Translations under genes and position numbers: made by a program
Notes under the pieces: model-generated
The model's database searches: none
The model's input: only the letters and a program-made list of their open reading frames with translations
Told to the model about the DNA's origin: nothing
Assembly: GCA_964557575.1 (NCBI GenBank)
Contig: CAZLBC010000001.1
Coordinates: forward strand, 2,296 to 66,295
Source: an uncultured Planctomycetaceae bacterium
GTDB taxonomy: Bacteria; Planctomycetota; Phycisphaerae; SM23-33
Length of the DNA: 64,000 nt
Reading direction: 5' to 3'
In this document: piece by piece, positions 17,591 through 27,293 of the stretch
How the letters are laid out: each line of letters opens with the position of its first letter
Numbering within the stretch: the stretch's first letter is position 1

Positions 17591-18187
17591 TTACGAATTT
17601 TCCTCCGAAAACGTCGTGCCGTACAAAAGCCGGTACATGTTGTCCGCGTTCGCCTTCGCGCGAGACGGCGTCGCGGCGGCGACGGCCTCGTCCACGGTAT
17701 CGGAAAGCGTCTGCAAACGTTCCATCACTTCCCGGTGATGCAGTGCATTGCCCATGATGTTCGGGTACAAGCGCAAACTGTCGACTGCCACGGCGGACAG
17801 GGCCTCCACGAGGCTCAACGCCGCGACGCGGACAGAATCCGATTCACGGAGTCTCCGCTTGGCCGCCATCTGTCCGGCCGTCGAGGCGGCGCGGACGACG
17901 GCGTCGCGCTCACCCAAGCCCACGCCGTCGTGAAGCCATTCCTGCAAAACGCGCGGGTCCCCGTACCGGGCGCAGGTGTTAAACAACTCCGAAACCCCGC
18001 GTTGAGGTTCCATAACCCCGTCGACGATCATCAACGCCGTGTCAAAAAACCGTCGAAGCCCCTCGGTATACGTTGATTTTCCGATAAACATTTTTGTTGT
18101 TTTCGTTTCGTTTATTCGCCCGGAGGCGCGGCTTTCCCACCGGCGCATCAGCGTCTCCCACATGGGCGTGTGTTCGGTATCGTTCAC
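17591..18187 (-). CDS. hypothetical protein
   Basis: GTG start with AGGAG 9 nt upstream. Confidence 0.45.
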   Translation of the reverse strand: MNDTEHTPMWETLMRRWESRASGRINETKTTKMFIGKSTYTEGLRRFFDTALMIVDGVMEPQRGVSELFNTCARYGDPRVLQEWLHDGVGLGERDAVVRAASTAGQMAAKRRLRESDSVRVAALSLVEALSAVAVDSLRLYPNIMGNALHHREVMERLQTLSDTVDEAVAAATPSRAKANADNMYRLLYGTTFSEENS

Positions 18188-18212
18188 GAATACTCACTCC
18201 TGACCGCGATGG

Positions 18213-18695
18213 TCATTTCGTAGCGGGCTGAAGCGTGTTCGCTTTCACCCATTCGATCCAGATTTCCAGCGTATCCGGATTCGACAGGTCGTATACGGGG
18301 ACTTCGACGGCGTGCGCCGCGCGAATCGCCCAGTATTGCGGCCCGGACCGATACGGGTCCAGCCAAACGACCAGTTCCTCCACGGGATCGTCGCCCTCGA
18401 TGCCGAGCACGGCGGACACGCAGGCTGCGGCGCGCCGCTTGAACCGTTTGGGCATCGCGTCAATCGACGCGTCAAGCTGCAACATCCGCTCGTCCGCCCA
18501 CTTCTTGGCGTACTTGCCCTTGTAGATTTCGAACGTTCCGCCGACACGTCGCGCTCCGTCCTCGAACGGACCGTCTCCGACGCCGTCGCTGATTCGCAGC
18601 TTCTTGGCGACTCCGAAAACGCGCCCGATCCCGCGCATTACGTTCTGAACAACGACAGGGGCCATCGGCCCCGACAATCCGGCGTAGCTTTTCAT
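18213..18695 (-). CDS. hypothetical protein
   Basis: TAGGAGG RBS preceded by the conserved CCGATAATACGGGTAGGAGG motif. Confidence 0.6.
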   Translation of the reverse strand: MKSYAGLSGPMAPVVVQNVMRGIGRVFGVAKKLRISDGVGDGPFEDGARRVGGTFEIYKGKYAKKWADERMLQLDASIDAMPKRFKRRAAACVSAVLGIEGDDPVEELVVWLDPYRSGPQYWAIRAAHAVEVPVYDLSNPDTLEIWIEWVKANTLQPATK

Positions 18696-18698
18696 GCT

Positions 18699-18718
18699 CG
18701 TCCTCCTACCCGTATTAT
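18699..18718 (-). promoter_or_regulatory. conserved motif CCGATAATACGGGTAGGAGG
   Basis: See 7843. Confidence 0.45.
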
Positions 18719-18925
18719 CGGCACGAGGACTGAAATTTGATAAGGCTTTCCGTTATTTTCCACCAAGAAACATTCCGAGAACCTGCCGAATTATCGGTCC
18801 GGTGATCATCCCGCCGTGTTTTTTGATCATGTCCATGGCGTGTTTTCGCTTCTCGGGGGCGGCGTTGCGCAGTTTTCCCCACAACCACCGAGACCATGCG
18901 CGCTGCCGGTTTTGGCCGTCTTCGT

Positions 18926-19323
18926 TTATTTCGACGGCTGCCTGCGCCGCCCTCCCCGAAAAGGGCGCGGCGTCGACTCCAGAACGGATTTGACGATATC
19001 TTCCGAAACGCGCACCGTTTCGAACCGGGTGGCGTTTCGCGGATCGACGTCTTCCCAGTCGTCGGGATCGTGACTCGGTTCGTCGCGTTGGACCATGACG
19101 GTCGGCTTGTCGCGCTTGCGTCTCCGCTTTTTGCGTCGCATGTCGCGAACCCGGTCTCCGACGTCGGACGAACGTTTCGTTCCGGGAACGATGGTCGCGT
19201 CGATGTCGTCGTACTCTTCGGTCATGGTCTTGTGGACGCCGCGACCGCCTCCGGCGTATTCGGCCGCGCGCGCCGCTTCGGTCAACTGCATCGCCACCTT
19301 GTAGCGGGGATCGACGTTTCGCA
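18926..19323 (-). CDS. hypothetical protein with polybasic segment
   Basis: ORF 18926..19942 trimmed to internal Met (AGGAG 8 nt upstream). The Arg-rich N-terminal extension was rejected. ATGATCATG overlaps the upstream stop. Confidence 0.4.
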
Positions 19324-19326
19324 TGA

Positions 19327-19875
19327 TCATGGCTCCTGTTCGTTCACTTTCCTCACATTGTAAATCGAGTGCACCTCGGCGTTGTTTCCGGGCAAGTCCG
19401 CACGCCATATTACATTCGTCGCGGGGAGGGTCAACACGGTTCCGTTCGCGACGTCGCGAACCGTGAACTCCGTCGTGTGTTCCGAGTCCGGACCGGTGAA
19501 ACCCGTCAGTATTCCGCGCCGCTTCGACCGGCCGTCCGGGTGAACGTTGTACCAGACCTCGTCTCCGACGGAATACACGCGCTGCCCGCTTTGCAACTTC
19601 CAGTCGGTGCGCATCCAAATCTTCGCGGAGCCGTCCTGCCACAGGGCTTTCACGGCGTTGTTCCAAACGTTCAGAATGATCGCGTACGAATCTTTCCTCG
19701 GATACCCGAGACCCTGCAAAATATATTTGACGTGCTGTCCGATCTGAACGGGAAGGCCGACAAGCGAGGAGGACTGGTAGTCCTCGGACCGGTACACGAT
19801 TCCGTCGTTGAACCGCTCTCCGAGGTTCAATATGTTTTCGCTGCTTTCGTTTATCGGCCAACCGCTTTTTCGCAT
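19327..19875 (-). CDS. hypothetical protein
   Basis: GGAGGAC RBS. Confidence 0.6.
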   Translation of the reverse strand: MRKSGWPINESSENILNLGERFNDGIVYRSEDYQSSSLVGLPVQIGQHVKYILQGLGYPRKDSYAIILNVWNNAVKALWQDGSAKIWMRTDWKLQSGQRVYSVGDEVWYNVHPDGRSKRRGILTGFTGPDSEHTTEFTVRDVANGTVLTLPATNVIWRADLPGNNAEVHSIYNVRKVNEQEP

Positions 19876-19926
19876 TTGAAAGTCCTCCGCGCATAATCAT
19901 ACACGCACGGAGAGCTTCGACGCAAG

Positions 19927-20451
19927 TCAACGCATCCGGCATTCGCGCCAGATGTTGAACGCCTGTCGCGCCGCTTCAACGGTTTTGTTGATTGTGGACT
20001 GCGGATCGGTCGTCGCGACCAGCTCCTCGTCGCCGAGGATCACGTCGGCCGCGTACGTTCCGTCCGAGTTCGCGCGGAACACGAACTTCCCGACGACGAC
20101 AGCCGGTTCCGGGTTCACGTTCCGGTTGGCCTCCGCCGCGACGGCGGTTTCCCGCCGGTACCGCCAATGCCGCTTCGCCTCGACGGCGTCCGAATCTTTC
20201 AACTCCCCGGCGTCGCCGACGATCGCCCAACGTCGCACGGTGTGTTTCGGATTTCGGTTGTCCTTCTGTCCGTACCGGACGACGTCCCCGGGCTGCGCGT
20301 CGATCTCGACAACGCCGCCGTCGTCGTTCCCGAGGTACGACCCCCATTCAACCTCGGGCTGTTCGCCCGTCTTCCAGTCGATCACTTTGAAAACCCACGG
20401 CTTGCTGCAGCGGCGCGGATTGTAGGAGCCGAACTCGACGCTCACGTACAT
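19927..20451 (-). CDS. hypothetical protein
   Basis: AAGGAGG RBS. Start abuts the upstream stop. Confidence 0.6.
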   Translation of the reverse strand: MYVSVEFGSYNPRRCSKPWVFKVIDWKTGEQPEVEWGSYLGNDDGGVVEIDAQPGDVVRYGQKDNRNPKHTVRRWAIVGDAGELKDSDAVEAKRHWRYRRETAVAAEANRNVNPEPAVVVGKFVFRANSDGTYAADVILGDEELVATTDPQSTINKTVEAARQAFNIWRECRMR

Positions 20452-20452
20452 G

Positions 20453-20743
20453 TCATCCTCCTTGGTCGGCGCGTCGCGCCTTGTCCCGCGCGTCCTCTAT
20501 CAGGTCGTCGTATAACTCCTGCCCGCGATCCGCGTCGATCAGACGGCGTTCAAAGCTGTCCGGGTCCTCGAACCCCGCGTCGCCTTCGACGCTTGTGACG
20601 CGCTCCACGCGCCACTCCGGGTATTCCGCAGGAGCCGTCCTCGAAGCAGGAGCGTACCGACCGCTCACCGTGACAACGGCGCGAACTTCGTATTCCGCGC
20701 CGTCGTCTTCGATCACCGTCACCGCTTGAAAACTCCCGCCCAT
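20453..20743 (-). CDS. hypothetical protein
   Basis: AAGGGAGA RBS. Confidence 0.55.
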   Translation of the reverse strand: MGGSFQAVTVIEDDGAEYEVRAVVTVSGRYAPASRTAPAEYPEWRVERVTSVEGDAGFEDPDSFERRLIDADRGQELYDDLIEDARDKARRADQGG

Positions 20744-20758
20744 CGGTTTCTCCCTTTG

Positions 20759-21463
20759 TCATACCCGTCGAGCACACTCCGGGCCGATTCCCCGCTGCAC
20801 GCTTTCGGGATCGGTCAAGTCCCGGCCGCACCGCAGGCAACGCCCGAGGTGGAACACCCTGTAGCCGTCCGGCAGTTCGCCGTCATGCGCCTGCATGCGG
20901 TCGATCGCCCACAACAGAACCTGAATGCTCTTCGGAACGTCCGGGGCGTCCGCGTCTTTTTTCATGTGGCAGACCGTGTTCCAGTCCAGCCAATTAACCC
21001 ACTGTCCGTGCCACTTGCCCTTGACACGGATTGACTTTCGGGTGCTGCGGAGACCGTTGTTCTCCCACAGGCCGAGACTGGCGTAGGCGTACCGGTTGTC
21101 CGCGTTGCCGCCATGCCCTTCCTTCAACACGCCGACGAATACCGGCAGGTCGACTTCGTCCGGAGAGGTGAGGTCGGCGGTGTCTTCGTGCGAACGCAAA
21201 CCGACTTCGATACCGTACGCGCACGCGTCGGACCACAGTTCCCGCGCGTCCAGCGTTCGAGGGGCCGTCTTGGTTTTCTCGCGAATTATTTCGAGGTCCG
21301 CGTCCCGCTTCGCTTCGTCCTTGTACAGGATTTTAACGAATCGCGGCGACGCAATACGGTAGGTGAAATGCTCGCCCGTCTTGCTCTGAACGGTGAAGAT
21401 CGCCTGTCCGGCGAAAAGCAAACGGGGGTCGGTGATGGTTCCGGTTTGTTCGGTCATGGTCAT
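20759..21463 (-). CDS. hypothetical protein (C-terminal CxxC cluster)
   Basis: Trimmed to Met25 behind GGAGGA. Conserved leader and promoter-like repeats lie upstream. Confidence 0.5.
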   Translation of the reverse strand: MTMTEQTGTITDPRLLFAGQAIFTVQSKTGEHFTYRIASPRFVKILYKDEAKRDADLEIIREKTKTAPRTLDARELWSDACAYGIEVGLRSHEDTADLTSPDEVDLPVFVGVLKEGHGGNADNRYAYASLGLWENNGLRSTRKSIRVKGKWHGQWVNWLDWNTVCHMKKDADAPDVPKSIQVLLWAIDRMQAHDGELPDGYRVFHLGRCLRCGRDLTDPESVQRGIGPECARRV

Positions 21464-21538
21464 TGCTTGTCCTCCAGTTCCGGTTTGTTCGGTCCTCGAC
21501 TCCACCGGACAGTCTACAGGAGAGGCAAACGGCATGCA

Positions 21539-21585
21539 AGAAAAACATCGGGAAGTTTACAAATTTTTTATCGGGGAGTTACCCG
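21539..21585. promoter_or_regulatory. promoter-like direct repeat (two units) upstream of gene 20759..21463
   Basis: AAAAACATCGGGAAGTTTACAAA and TTTTTTATCGGGGAGTTACCC. Confidence 0.45.
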
Positions 21586-21971
21586 CGCCACGGACGGGCT
21601 TCCAAGGGCGGCTTGTCGTCGGCCTTCCCGCGCTCCGAGTGCCACTGCTCGCGTTCCCGGGCCTCGGACTGTTCGTCTTCCGACGGGGATTCGAGTTCCG
21701 TCACCGGGGAGTTCTGAATCGCGGGAACCGTCACGTTCATGATTCGCGCCTTGTCCTCCGCCACGGCAAACGCGACAAACGCCAGTTCAATGCACCGCTG
21801 CCGAAGGTCTCCCTCGCCGGTCGTCAGCGTTTTGATAACCGCCTCGGACTTGGAAACGAGGTGATCCCCCTTTTGAAGCGGCGGGATTTGCTTCCAATAA
21901 TTCCACGCGTGCGCCGCGCTGGCGTCGCACTGTTCGAAAAAACGCCGGAGCTTTTCGTGCATTTCGTTCAT
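21579..21971 (-). CDS. hypothetical protein
   Basis: ATGA overlap with the upstream gene. Confidence 0.5.
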   Translation of the reverse strand: MNEMHEKLRRFFEQCDASAAHAWNYWKQIPPLQKGDHLVSKSEAVIKTLTTGEGDLRQRCIELAFVAFAVAEDKARIMNVTVPAIQNSPVTELESPSEDEQSEAREREQWHSERGKADDKPPLEARPWRG

Positions 21972-22387
21972 TCAGGAGGGTCTCCAGACAACGGGATGTC
22001 GCGATCGAGGTACGCCGTAGCGGTTTGCCAGTATTTCCAGAACCGCTTTCGCCCGGCCGTGTCGGTCACGTGGTCCCCCGTCGAGAACTTCGCGTAGTAC
22101 ACTCCGCCGAGCGTCTCTTGGAAAACCGTCAGGTTGTCGTCGCGCACGTACGGCTTACTCGCGTACCCGAGAGTATGGTGCCACTGAACCCAGTGGTCCG
22201 GAAGCACTAAACCCATCGTTCGCATGTATGTTTTCGGTTTGTTTTCAACGTCCGCGATCGCGGCGTCCAACGCTTCAAGCTGGTTAAGAACGGCCGCGTC
22301 GGCCGTATCGCGCAAGAGGCGTACGAGCGAATCGTACGCCTCTCGAACACGCGGAAGTCTTGTCTTGAAATCAGTCATCGCTTTCAT
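21968..22387 (-). CDS. hypothetical protein
   Basis: Start ambiguous (Met58, Met62 or Met65). All lie inside the 3' end of the upstream gene. Confidence 0.4.
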   Translation of the reverse strand: MKAMTDFKTRLPRVREAYDSLVRLLRDTADAAVLNQLEALDAAIADVENKPKTYMRTMGLVLPDHWVQWHHTLGYASKPYVRDDNLTVFQETLGGVYYAKFSTGDHVTDTAGRKRFWKYWQTATAYLDRDIPLSGDPPE

Positions 22388-22964
22388 CCGGTTCGGCATC
22401 CGGTTCGCACACGTAGTCTTCCTCGTAATACTCCGCGTCATCGTACGTTTCGGTTTCGGCGCAGTGACGGAAAAGTGCGATCGCTTCCCGGATGTGTTCA
22501 ACGTGCTCTTCGAGCGTGGCGTGCGGTTCGACCGGCTTGCCGAAGATGAACTCCGACTGGCGAACGACATCGAACCGACGCGCGTAATCGGGATCGCAGC
22601 CGACCACGACCGCCGCGAACGGGGGCGTCAGACCGTTGTCGATGGACGATTTGAGCATTCCCATGGCGAAGCCCAACTCGTAGAGGCAGATCGGCCCGAC
22701 GGTGTCGTCGGTCATCCACATCGTGAACATGTCCGCCGTGTTCCAGAGGTTTTCGGCTTCCCACCGGATTTGCTCGACGCCCGCGTTCTTGTCGCCGACA
22801 TCGAACTCGGCGCGGCGCGGGTTCACCAGCGTGCATTCCTCGTTTTCCAAGGATTCACGGACTTTCGACTGCCAGTCCTCGCTGCCGGTGATCGTTCCGG
22901 CCATGAAAATGATCGGTCGCGGCGCGTCGGCGGGAACGGTGTTCGGGGATTCGACGTACAGCAT
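22371..22964 (-). CDS. nucleoside 2-deoxyribosyltransferase-like (DNPH1/Rcl-like) protein
   Basis: AGGAGG RBS. N-terminal PIIFMAGTITGSEDW is typical of the deoxyribosyltransferase-like fold. Confidence 0.5.
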   Translation of the reverse strand: MLYVESPNTVPADAPRPIIFMAGTITGSEDWQSKVRESLENEECTLVNPRRAEFDVGDKNAGVEQIRWEAENLWNTADMFTMWMTDDTVGPICLYELGFAMGMLKSSIDNGLTPPFAAVVVGCDPDYARRFDVVRQSEFIFGKPVEPHATLEEHVEHIREAIALFRHCAETETYDDAEYYEEDYVCEPDAEPDESDD

Positions 22965-22994
22965 GATTTCGGTCCTCCTGTTCGAGTGTAAAAT

Positions 22995-23015
22995 CCAAGT
23001 CCACCCCCTTTTTAT
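22995..23015 (-). promoter_or_regulatory. variant motif CCGATAAAAAGGGGGTGG
   Basis: See 7843. Confidence 0.3.
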
Positions 23016-23053
23016 CGGATACAAACCGGAACAACATGAGGAAAAATCCGAAA

Positions 23054-23557
23054 TTATCTCGGTTTTCGAAGCTGCGCGAAGGCGTCTTGCGCCCCGGGCG
23101 CAGCCGGAGCCTGACCCGGGCGGATGATCCGACCCTGTCTTTCCGGCGTGACGATTTGGTCGCTTTCCGGCGTGTACTGCTTTTTGATCACGTCCTTGAG
23201 TTGCTGCTCTCCGGGGGACGTGATGTCCAACCAGACGAACGGTCCGCCCATCAGGGCGCGGCAGAAGAACTTGACCGGCCGCCGGTTCTCGGGCTTGTTC
23301 AAGTCCTCGCTCCCGAGGAAAATCCCCATCTGCATGCGCGCTTCGCTGAACGTGCACATGACCTGCCCGTTCGGACTCGGCGATATCTGCATGTACACCG
23401 CGCGGTCGACGGTCAACACGCTGTCCGGGCCGACGGTCGGCTCCTCGTCGCCGTTCTCCACAGGTTCCCCGTCGATGTGCGTGACTTCCAAAAGGGTCGG
23501 ACGGCCCATGTTCATGGCGTGCAGCCACCAGCGGATTTCTTTTGTTTCTTCAGACAT
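23054..23557 (-). CDS. hypothetical protein
   Basis: GGGAG RBS. Trimmed to Met6. Confidence 0.5.
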   Translation of the reverse strand: MSEETKEIRWWLHAMNMGRPTLLEVTHIDGEPVENGDEEPTVGPDSVLTVDRAVYMQISPSPNGQVMCTFSEARMQMGIFLGSEDLNKPENRRPVKFFCRALMGGPFVWLDITSPGEQQLKDVIKKQYTPESDQIVTPERQGRIIRPGQAPAAPGAQDAFAQLRKPR

Positions 23558-23629
23558 CTTCGCTCCCTTCAAAAGAGGGTTGGGCCGGTTCGCTCTTGCG
23601 GCGACAATGGCCTGTTGATCGTATGCGGC

Positions 23630-24238
23630 TTATTCCGTTTCGCCGCCTGTTTTGGTCCAGTATTCCCGCACCCACGCAGTTCCGCGTTTCAGCAGCTTGT
23701 CCGCGCCGCCGGTAAGCATCGATTCCACGGTGGGCTTCCCCGGGAACGGCGACACCTGATTGGCCGCCCATTCGATGATCTGCGTGATTTTGGTCTCGCC
23801 GAGTTCTTCGACAATGTCGATGTCTTCGCGACCGAAGTGCGCCTGCGCGTCGGCCTTGATGCGGTCGGCCAGACCAGTCAGTTTGTCTTTGACCGCCACG
23901 CCGACCTGTGTAGCGTCGTCGCCCTTTTCCAGCCGGTCCACCGTGTACTCGGCGATCTCGAAGAAGTCGCGCTCGACGAAGCCGGACGCGCGCATCAGCG
24001 CGAACCGTTTGAAACGTTCCTCCAATCGTTCGGCGCGCGTCAGGTTTTCGTTTTCAAGCCTGACTTCCGAATTTTTGATCTGCGCCTTCAGCATTTTCTG
24101 GAGGTACCATCCGACGACCGGGATCACGAACACCATGACCAGCGTCAACAGCATGTTCGCCCACCACGGCGCGCCGGGGATTTCAATCGGTTGGACTTGA
24201 TCGACGGATTGCGCCAACGGAAGAAGGATCGGAAGCAT
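23630..24238 (-). CDS. membrane-anchored protein
   Basis: AGGAGGG RBS. N-terminal TM segment MLLTLVMVFVIPVVGWYL. Confidence 0.55.
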   Translation of the reverse strand: MLPILLPLAQSVDQVQPIEIPGAPWWANMLLTLVMVFVIPVVGWYLQKMLKAQIKNSEVRLENENLTRAERLEERFKRFALMRASGFVERDFFEIAEYTVDRLEKGDDATQVGVAVKDKLTGLADRIKADAQAHFGREDIDIVEELGETKITQIIEWAANQVSPFPGKPTVESMLTGGADKLLKRGTAWVREYWTKTGGETE

Positions 24239-24249
24239 GGAACGCCCTC

Positions 24250-24594
24250 CTACTGCAGCAGGACGCGCTTGACGACGTCCCGGCTTTCATGAATGGACTC
24301 CTTGATCGAAATCGTCCACGGCGACACGACGCGGTCGTCCTTGCGCGCCTTGTCGTTCGGTTTCAAACAGAACCCGGGGTGGCCCGACAAGATTTCGGCG
24401 ATCTGTCGGATGGCCCACTCCGACCCGTCGGCGAGCAGCACGATGTTTTTCCCGTCTTTCTCGAACTCCACTTCCGCTCCGTTGCCCGCGCGGAACACGG
24501 CGTTGCCGTCCTTCTCGGAGAGCAACACGTAGCCGTACGCCATCAGCGCGGCGTGGAGCTTGCGGACCCAATCGATCTTCGGCGTTGTGATCAT
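24250..24594 (-). CDS. hypothetical protein
   Basis: Sits in the coupled operon. Confidence 0.5.
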   Translation of the reverse strand: MITTPKIDWVRKLHAALMAYGYVLLSEKDGNAVFRAGNGAEVEFEKDGKNIVLLADGSEWAIRQIAEILSGHPGFCLKPNDKARKDDRVVSPWTISIKESIHESRDVVKRVLLQ

Positions 24595-25232
24595 GGTTCG
24601 AATCCTTCGTCACGGGCGAAATCGAATCCCTGCGCCCTGATGTCCCTTGTGAAATCGCTTCGGTAAAACGGCATCACCTTGAGAATGATGTCAAGGTGCT
24701 TGCAGATCACGCCCTTCATCTGCGGATTTCGCACGTCCGGGCGTATGTTTTGCGCGTAGACGGCGGCGTCCAACCCGTTCATGATATACCAGTATCCCCA
24801 ATATTTGAACGACGGGCACGTGCAATGCAACGCGATGTCGCCGGACATCATCATGAGATACACGCGATCGGCCATCGTCTCGCCGGGGCTGTTCATCGCG
24901 TCTTTGAAGTCGAGAAACGAGACCGTCTGGTACCACGCGTCGGTCCCGAACCGTTGCGGGTATCCGCGCTCGATCGATCGGGGCGACATCGGCGTCTTGT
25001 ACAACGCGAAAAACACCGGGTCGTTGTCCGGGATCGGGACTTCCGTGGCGGCGGTCATGTACCCGACGTGCGACGAGTTCTGCGGGCTGGAAGGGTTGTA
25101 CGGGACGTAGCGGACTCCACGTCGTTCGGTCTCCCGCCGGTACTCGCCGTGGTGAATGAAGTTCGGGTCGACGGCCTGCCGGATGTCCTGATACGTGAAC
25201 TCGTGGAGGAAACGGGTTCGAGGCGTTATCAT
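24591..25232 (-). CDS. SWIM-type zinc-finger protein
   Basis: GGAGA RBS. CTCPSF...CKH matches the CxCxnCxH SWIM pattern. Confidence 0.45.
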   Translation of the reverse strand: MITPRTRFLHEFTYQDIRQAVDPNFIHHGEYRRETERRGVRYVPYNPSSPQNSSHVGYMTAATEVPIPDNDPVFFALYKTPMSPRSIERGYPQRFGTDAWYQTVSFLDFKDAMNSPGETMADRVYLMMMSGDIALHCTCPSFKYWGYWYIMNGLDAAVYAQNIRPDVRNPQMKGVICKHLDIILKVMPFYRSDFTRDIRAQGFDFARDEGFEP

Positions 25233-25849
25233 TTCTTTCTCCGCTTCGCTCGCCTGCGACGGCGTTGCGCGCGCCGCTTGTTGGTCCGGTATTCCGGATT
25301 CGGTTTTCCGCTGGCGTACTTCGGAAACGCCCGACGACGGTACTGAACGGTCGTCTCGCCGCTCTTGTTCCGGAACTTCTGGAGGTAGCCTTTGCGAAAC
25401 AACGTCCACGTCAGGTAGTTGTACATGAACGGCGCGACCGGCTTCAGGCTTTTGATGTACCCCTTTGGAAGGCCGGACTTGCCCGGCTGCCCGTCTTCGG
25501 TCAGCCAACCCGCGAGATACGCTTCAAGCTCTTCCTGCAGGATCACGTCCCCGCTGGCGAGGACCGGTTCCATATCCAACTCGCGAATCGCGTATTCCTT
25601 GCCGCCGGTCGAGTTGGCTTCGGGAGAATGCCATACAACATGAATCAGTCCGTCGCCGGGAACGTCGGTCACCTTGTAAAACCCGGGTTCCACGTCGACC
25701 CCGATGTCGGCATCGGTCAGCGCGCCGTCGGAGACCACCTCGAAAGCATCCCCCGGCTCCAAGCCTTCGACGACGGGTATTCCCATGGATATGGCAAGCC
25801 GCTCTTCGTCGGTCAACGTCGGATGATACAGTATGTCTCTGTCAAGCAT
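25229..25849 (-). CDS. hypothetical protein with polybasic C-terminus
   Basis: GGAGGT RBS. C-terminal RRAQRRRRRAKRRKK. Confidence 0.55.
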   Translation of the reverse strand: MLDRDILYHPTLTDEERLAISMGIPVVEGLEPGDAFEVVSDGALTDADIGVDVEPGFYKVTDVPGDGLIHVVWHSPEANSTGGKEYAIRELDMEPVLASGDVILQEELEAYLAGWLTEDGQPGKSGLPKGYIKSLKPVAPFMYNYLTWTLFRKGYLQKFRNKSGETTVQYRRRAFPKYASGKPNPEYRTNKRRAQRRRRRAKRRKK

Positions 25850-25960
25850 CGCAACCTCCGCCGATTATTATGCGGCTTTCACACGTCCAACGCAAACCAT
25901 GGAGTTGATCGTCGAATATTCGTATTCGACCGTAAAGGATACTTAGGGGCGACCTGATCG

Positions 25961-26563
25961 TCAACCTGCATCCTCGACCAGCTCGATGGTCACCCGGGTT
26001 CCGCGCTCTTTTCCCGCGTCGAGGTCCTTCTTCAAGACTTGCTCCTGTCCCATGTAAAGATCGCACCACTCCGGCGTGTCGTCGCGGACCCACCCGAGTC
26101 GAACAAGCACGTCAAGAAGCCCCTTCGCGGAACCGCCGAACAGGCTTTGCCTGTCGATCTTGCGCTGCCGCAGGGAAAATATGGTAACGCGCACCTTCTT
26201 TTCCGCGCGCCGGACCTTGCCGATCCCGGCGGCTTCCAGCGCACGGTACGCCGCGCCCTTGTCTCGCACGCGCAGGTGCGGCGACATGTGGTATTCATTG
26301 ATGCTTCGACAGTGGAAATCAAGCGTCCACTCCTGCGGGAACTTCGGCTTCGGACAGTCGTCATTCGCCGGGTACCGCTCCTCGGCGGTCAGCATGCGCT
26401 TTCGTTTTTTCTTTTTCTTCTTTTTGGCCTTCGGCAAAATCCGCTTGTCCGAGTCCGGGGAACAGTACGGACACGGGGCCTTGTGCGGCGGACAAGTATC
26501 CAAGTCGTGCATAAACGACTGGCCGCAGGAAGTGCAAACGAGCTTTACCGTTCTGACCAGCAT
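25961..26563 (-). CDS. zinc-ribbon / RusA-like Holliday-junction resolvase fusion
   Basis: N-terminal CTSCGQ...CPYCSP, a poly-Lys linker and a C-terminal DRQSLFGGSAKGLLDVLVRLGWVRDD matching the RusA family core. Confidence 0.5.
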   Translation of the reverse strand: MLVRTVKLVCTSCGQSFMHDLDTCPPHKAPCPYCSPDSDKRILPKAKKKKKKKRKRMLTAEERYPANDDCPKPKFPQEWTLDFHCRSINEYHMSPHLRVRDKGAAYRALEAAGIGKVRRAEKKVRVTIFSLRQRKIDRQSLFGGSAKGLLDVLVRLGWVRDDTPEWCDLYMGQEQVLKKDLDAGKERGTRVTIELVEDAG

Positions 26564-26567
26564 GCGC

Positions 26568-27293
26568 TCACGCTCCGTATCCGAGCTTATTGTTAACACC
26601 GTCGAATCCGTGCGCGCGGTACGCGGCTTCGACAGAGTCGCTCCAGTAGTCTTGGAACCTTGAAGGCGAACCTCCGGAGTATGTAAGCGTTTCAGCCCCG
26701 ATCGCGTCCCGGAGGCTTTCCAGCGAAACGCCGTCCGCGCCCACCGCCTCCACAATCGAAACTAATGCCGTGCGCTGCGCGTCCTCGCCGTTCAACCCGG
26801 ACACGTCGGCGAACGCGACTTCGCGCGCGTCCGACCGACCGACCCAGTCAAGCAGCGGACGGATTCCGTCGTGAAGGTTTCCGTGAAACCGATCAATGAA
26901 AACCCGAAGGTTCTCACTCGGCGTTTTTCCCGGGGAACGCCACCCCCACCGACCGCTCCGTTCACACCACCGCATGAACGACACAAGCGTATCTCGAATG
27001 TCCCGGTGAACGAACAGAACAACACCGTCGAAATCTCCGACGGTTTCCGGACCAATGTGACCCACGACGAACTCGCCGGGATTCAGAGAAGCGCACACTT
27101 CGGGCGCGCGGATTCCACAAGCGTATTTTTCTGGATTCTCTCGCGCGTTGCGGATGTCCGGGTTCGCCCCGTAATTGCTGACGAACCCCGTGGACAGGTG
27201 AAGTCCGCGATTGGCAAGTCCGATACGCTTCAAGACTTCGGCAACAAGATACGTTCCGGACTTCGGTATGCTGCAGACGACTGTTTGTTTCAT
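26568..27293 (-). CDS. sulfotransferase
   Basis: 5'-PSB motif CSIPKSGTY and 3'-PB motif RDIRDTLVS of PAPS-dependent sulfotransferases. Confidence 0.65.
   Translation of the reverse strand: MKQTVVCSIPKSGTYLVAEVLKRIGLANRGLHLSTGFVSNYGANPDIRNARENPEKYACGIRAPEVCASLNPGEFVVGHIGPETVGDFDGVVLFVHRDIRDTLVSFMRWCERSGRWGWRSPGKTPSENLRVFIDRFHGNLHDGIRPLLDWVGRSDAREVAFADVSGLNGEDAQRTALVSIVEAVGADGVSLESLRDAIGAETLTYSGGSPSRFQDYWSDSVEAAYRAHGFDGVNNKLGYGA

Noticed and set aside
18715-18897. 60-aa ORF and a 27-aa ORF (MDMIKKHGG...) in the gap between two hypothetical genes
   Set aside because: Weak or no RBS and low-complexity sequence. The region more likely holds the promoter of gene 18213..18695.
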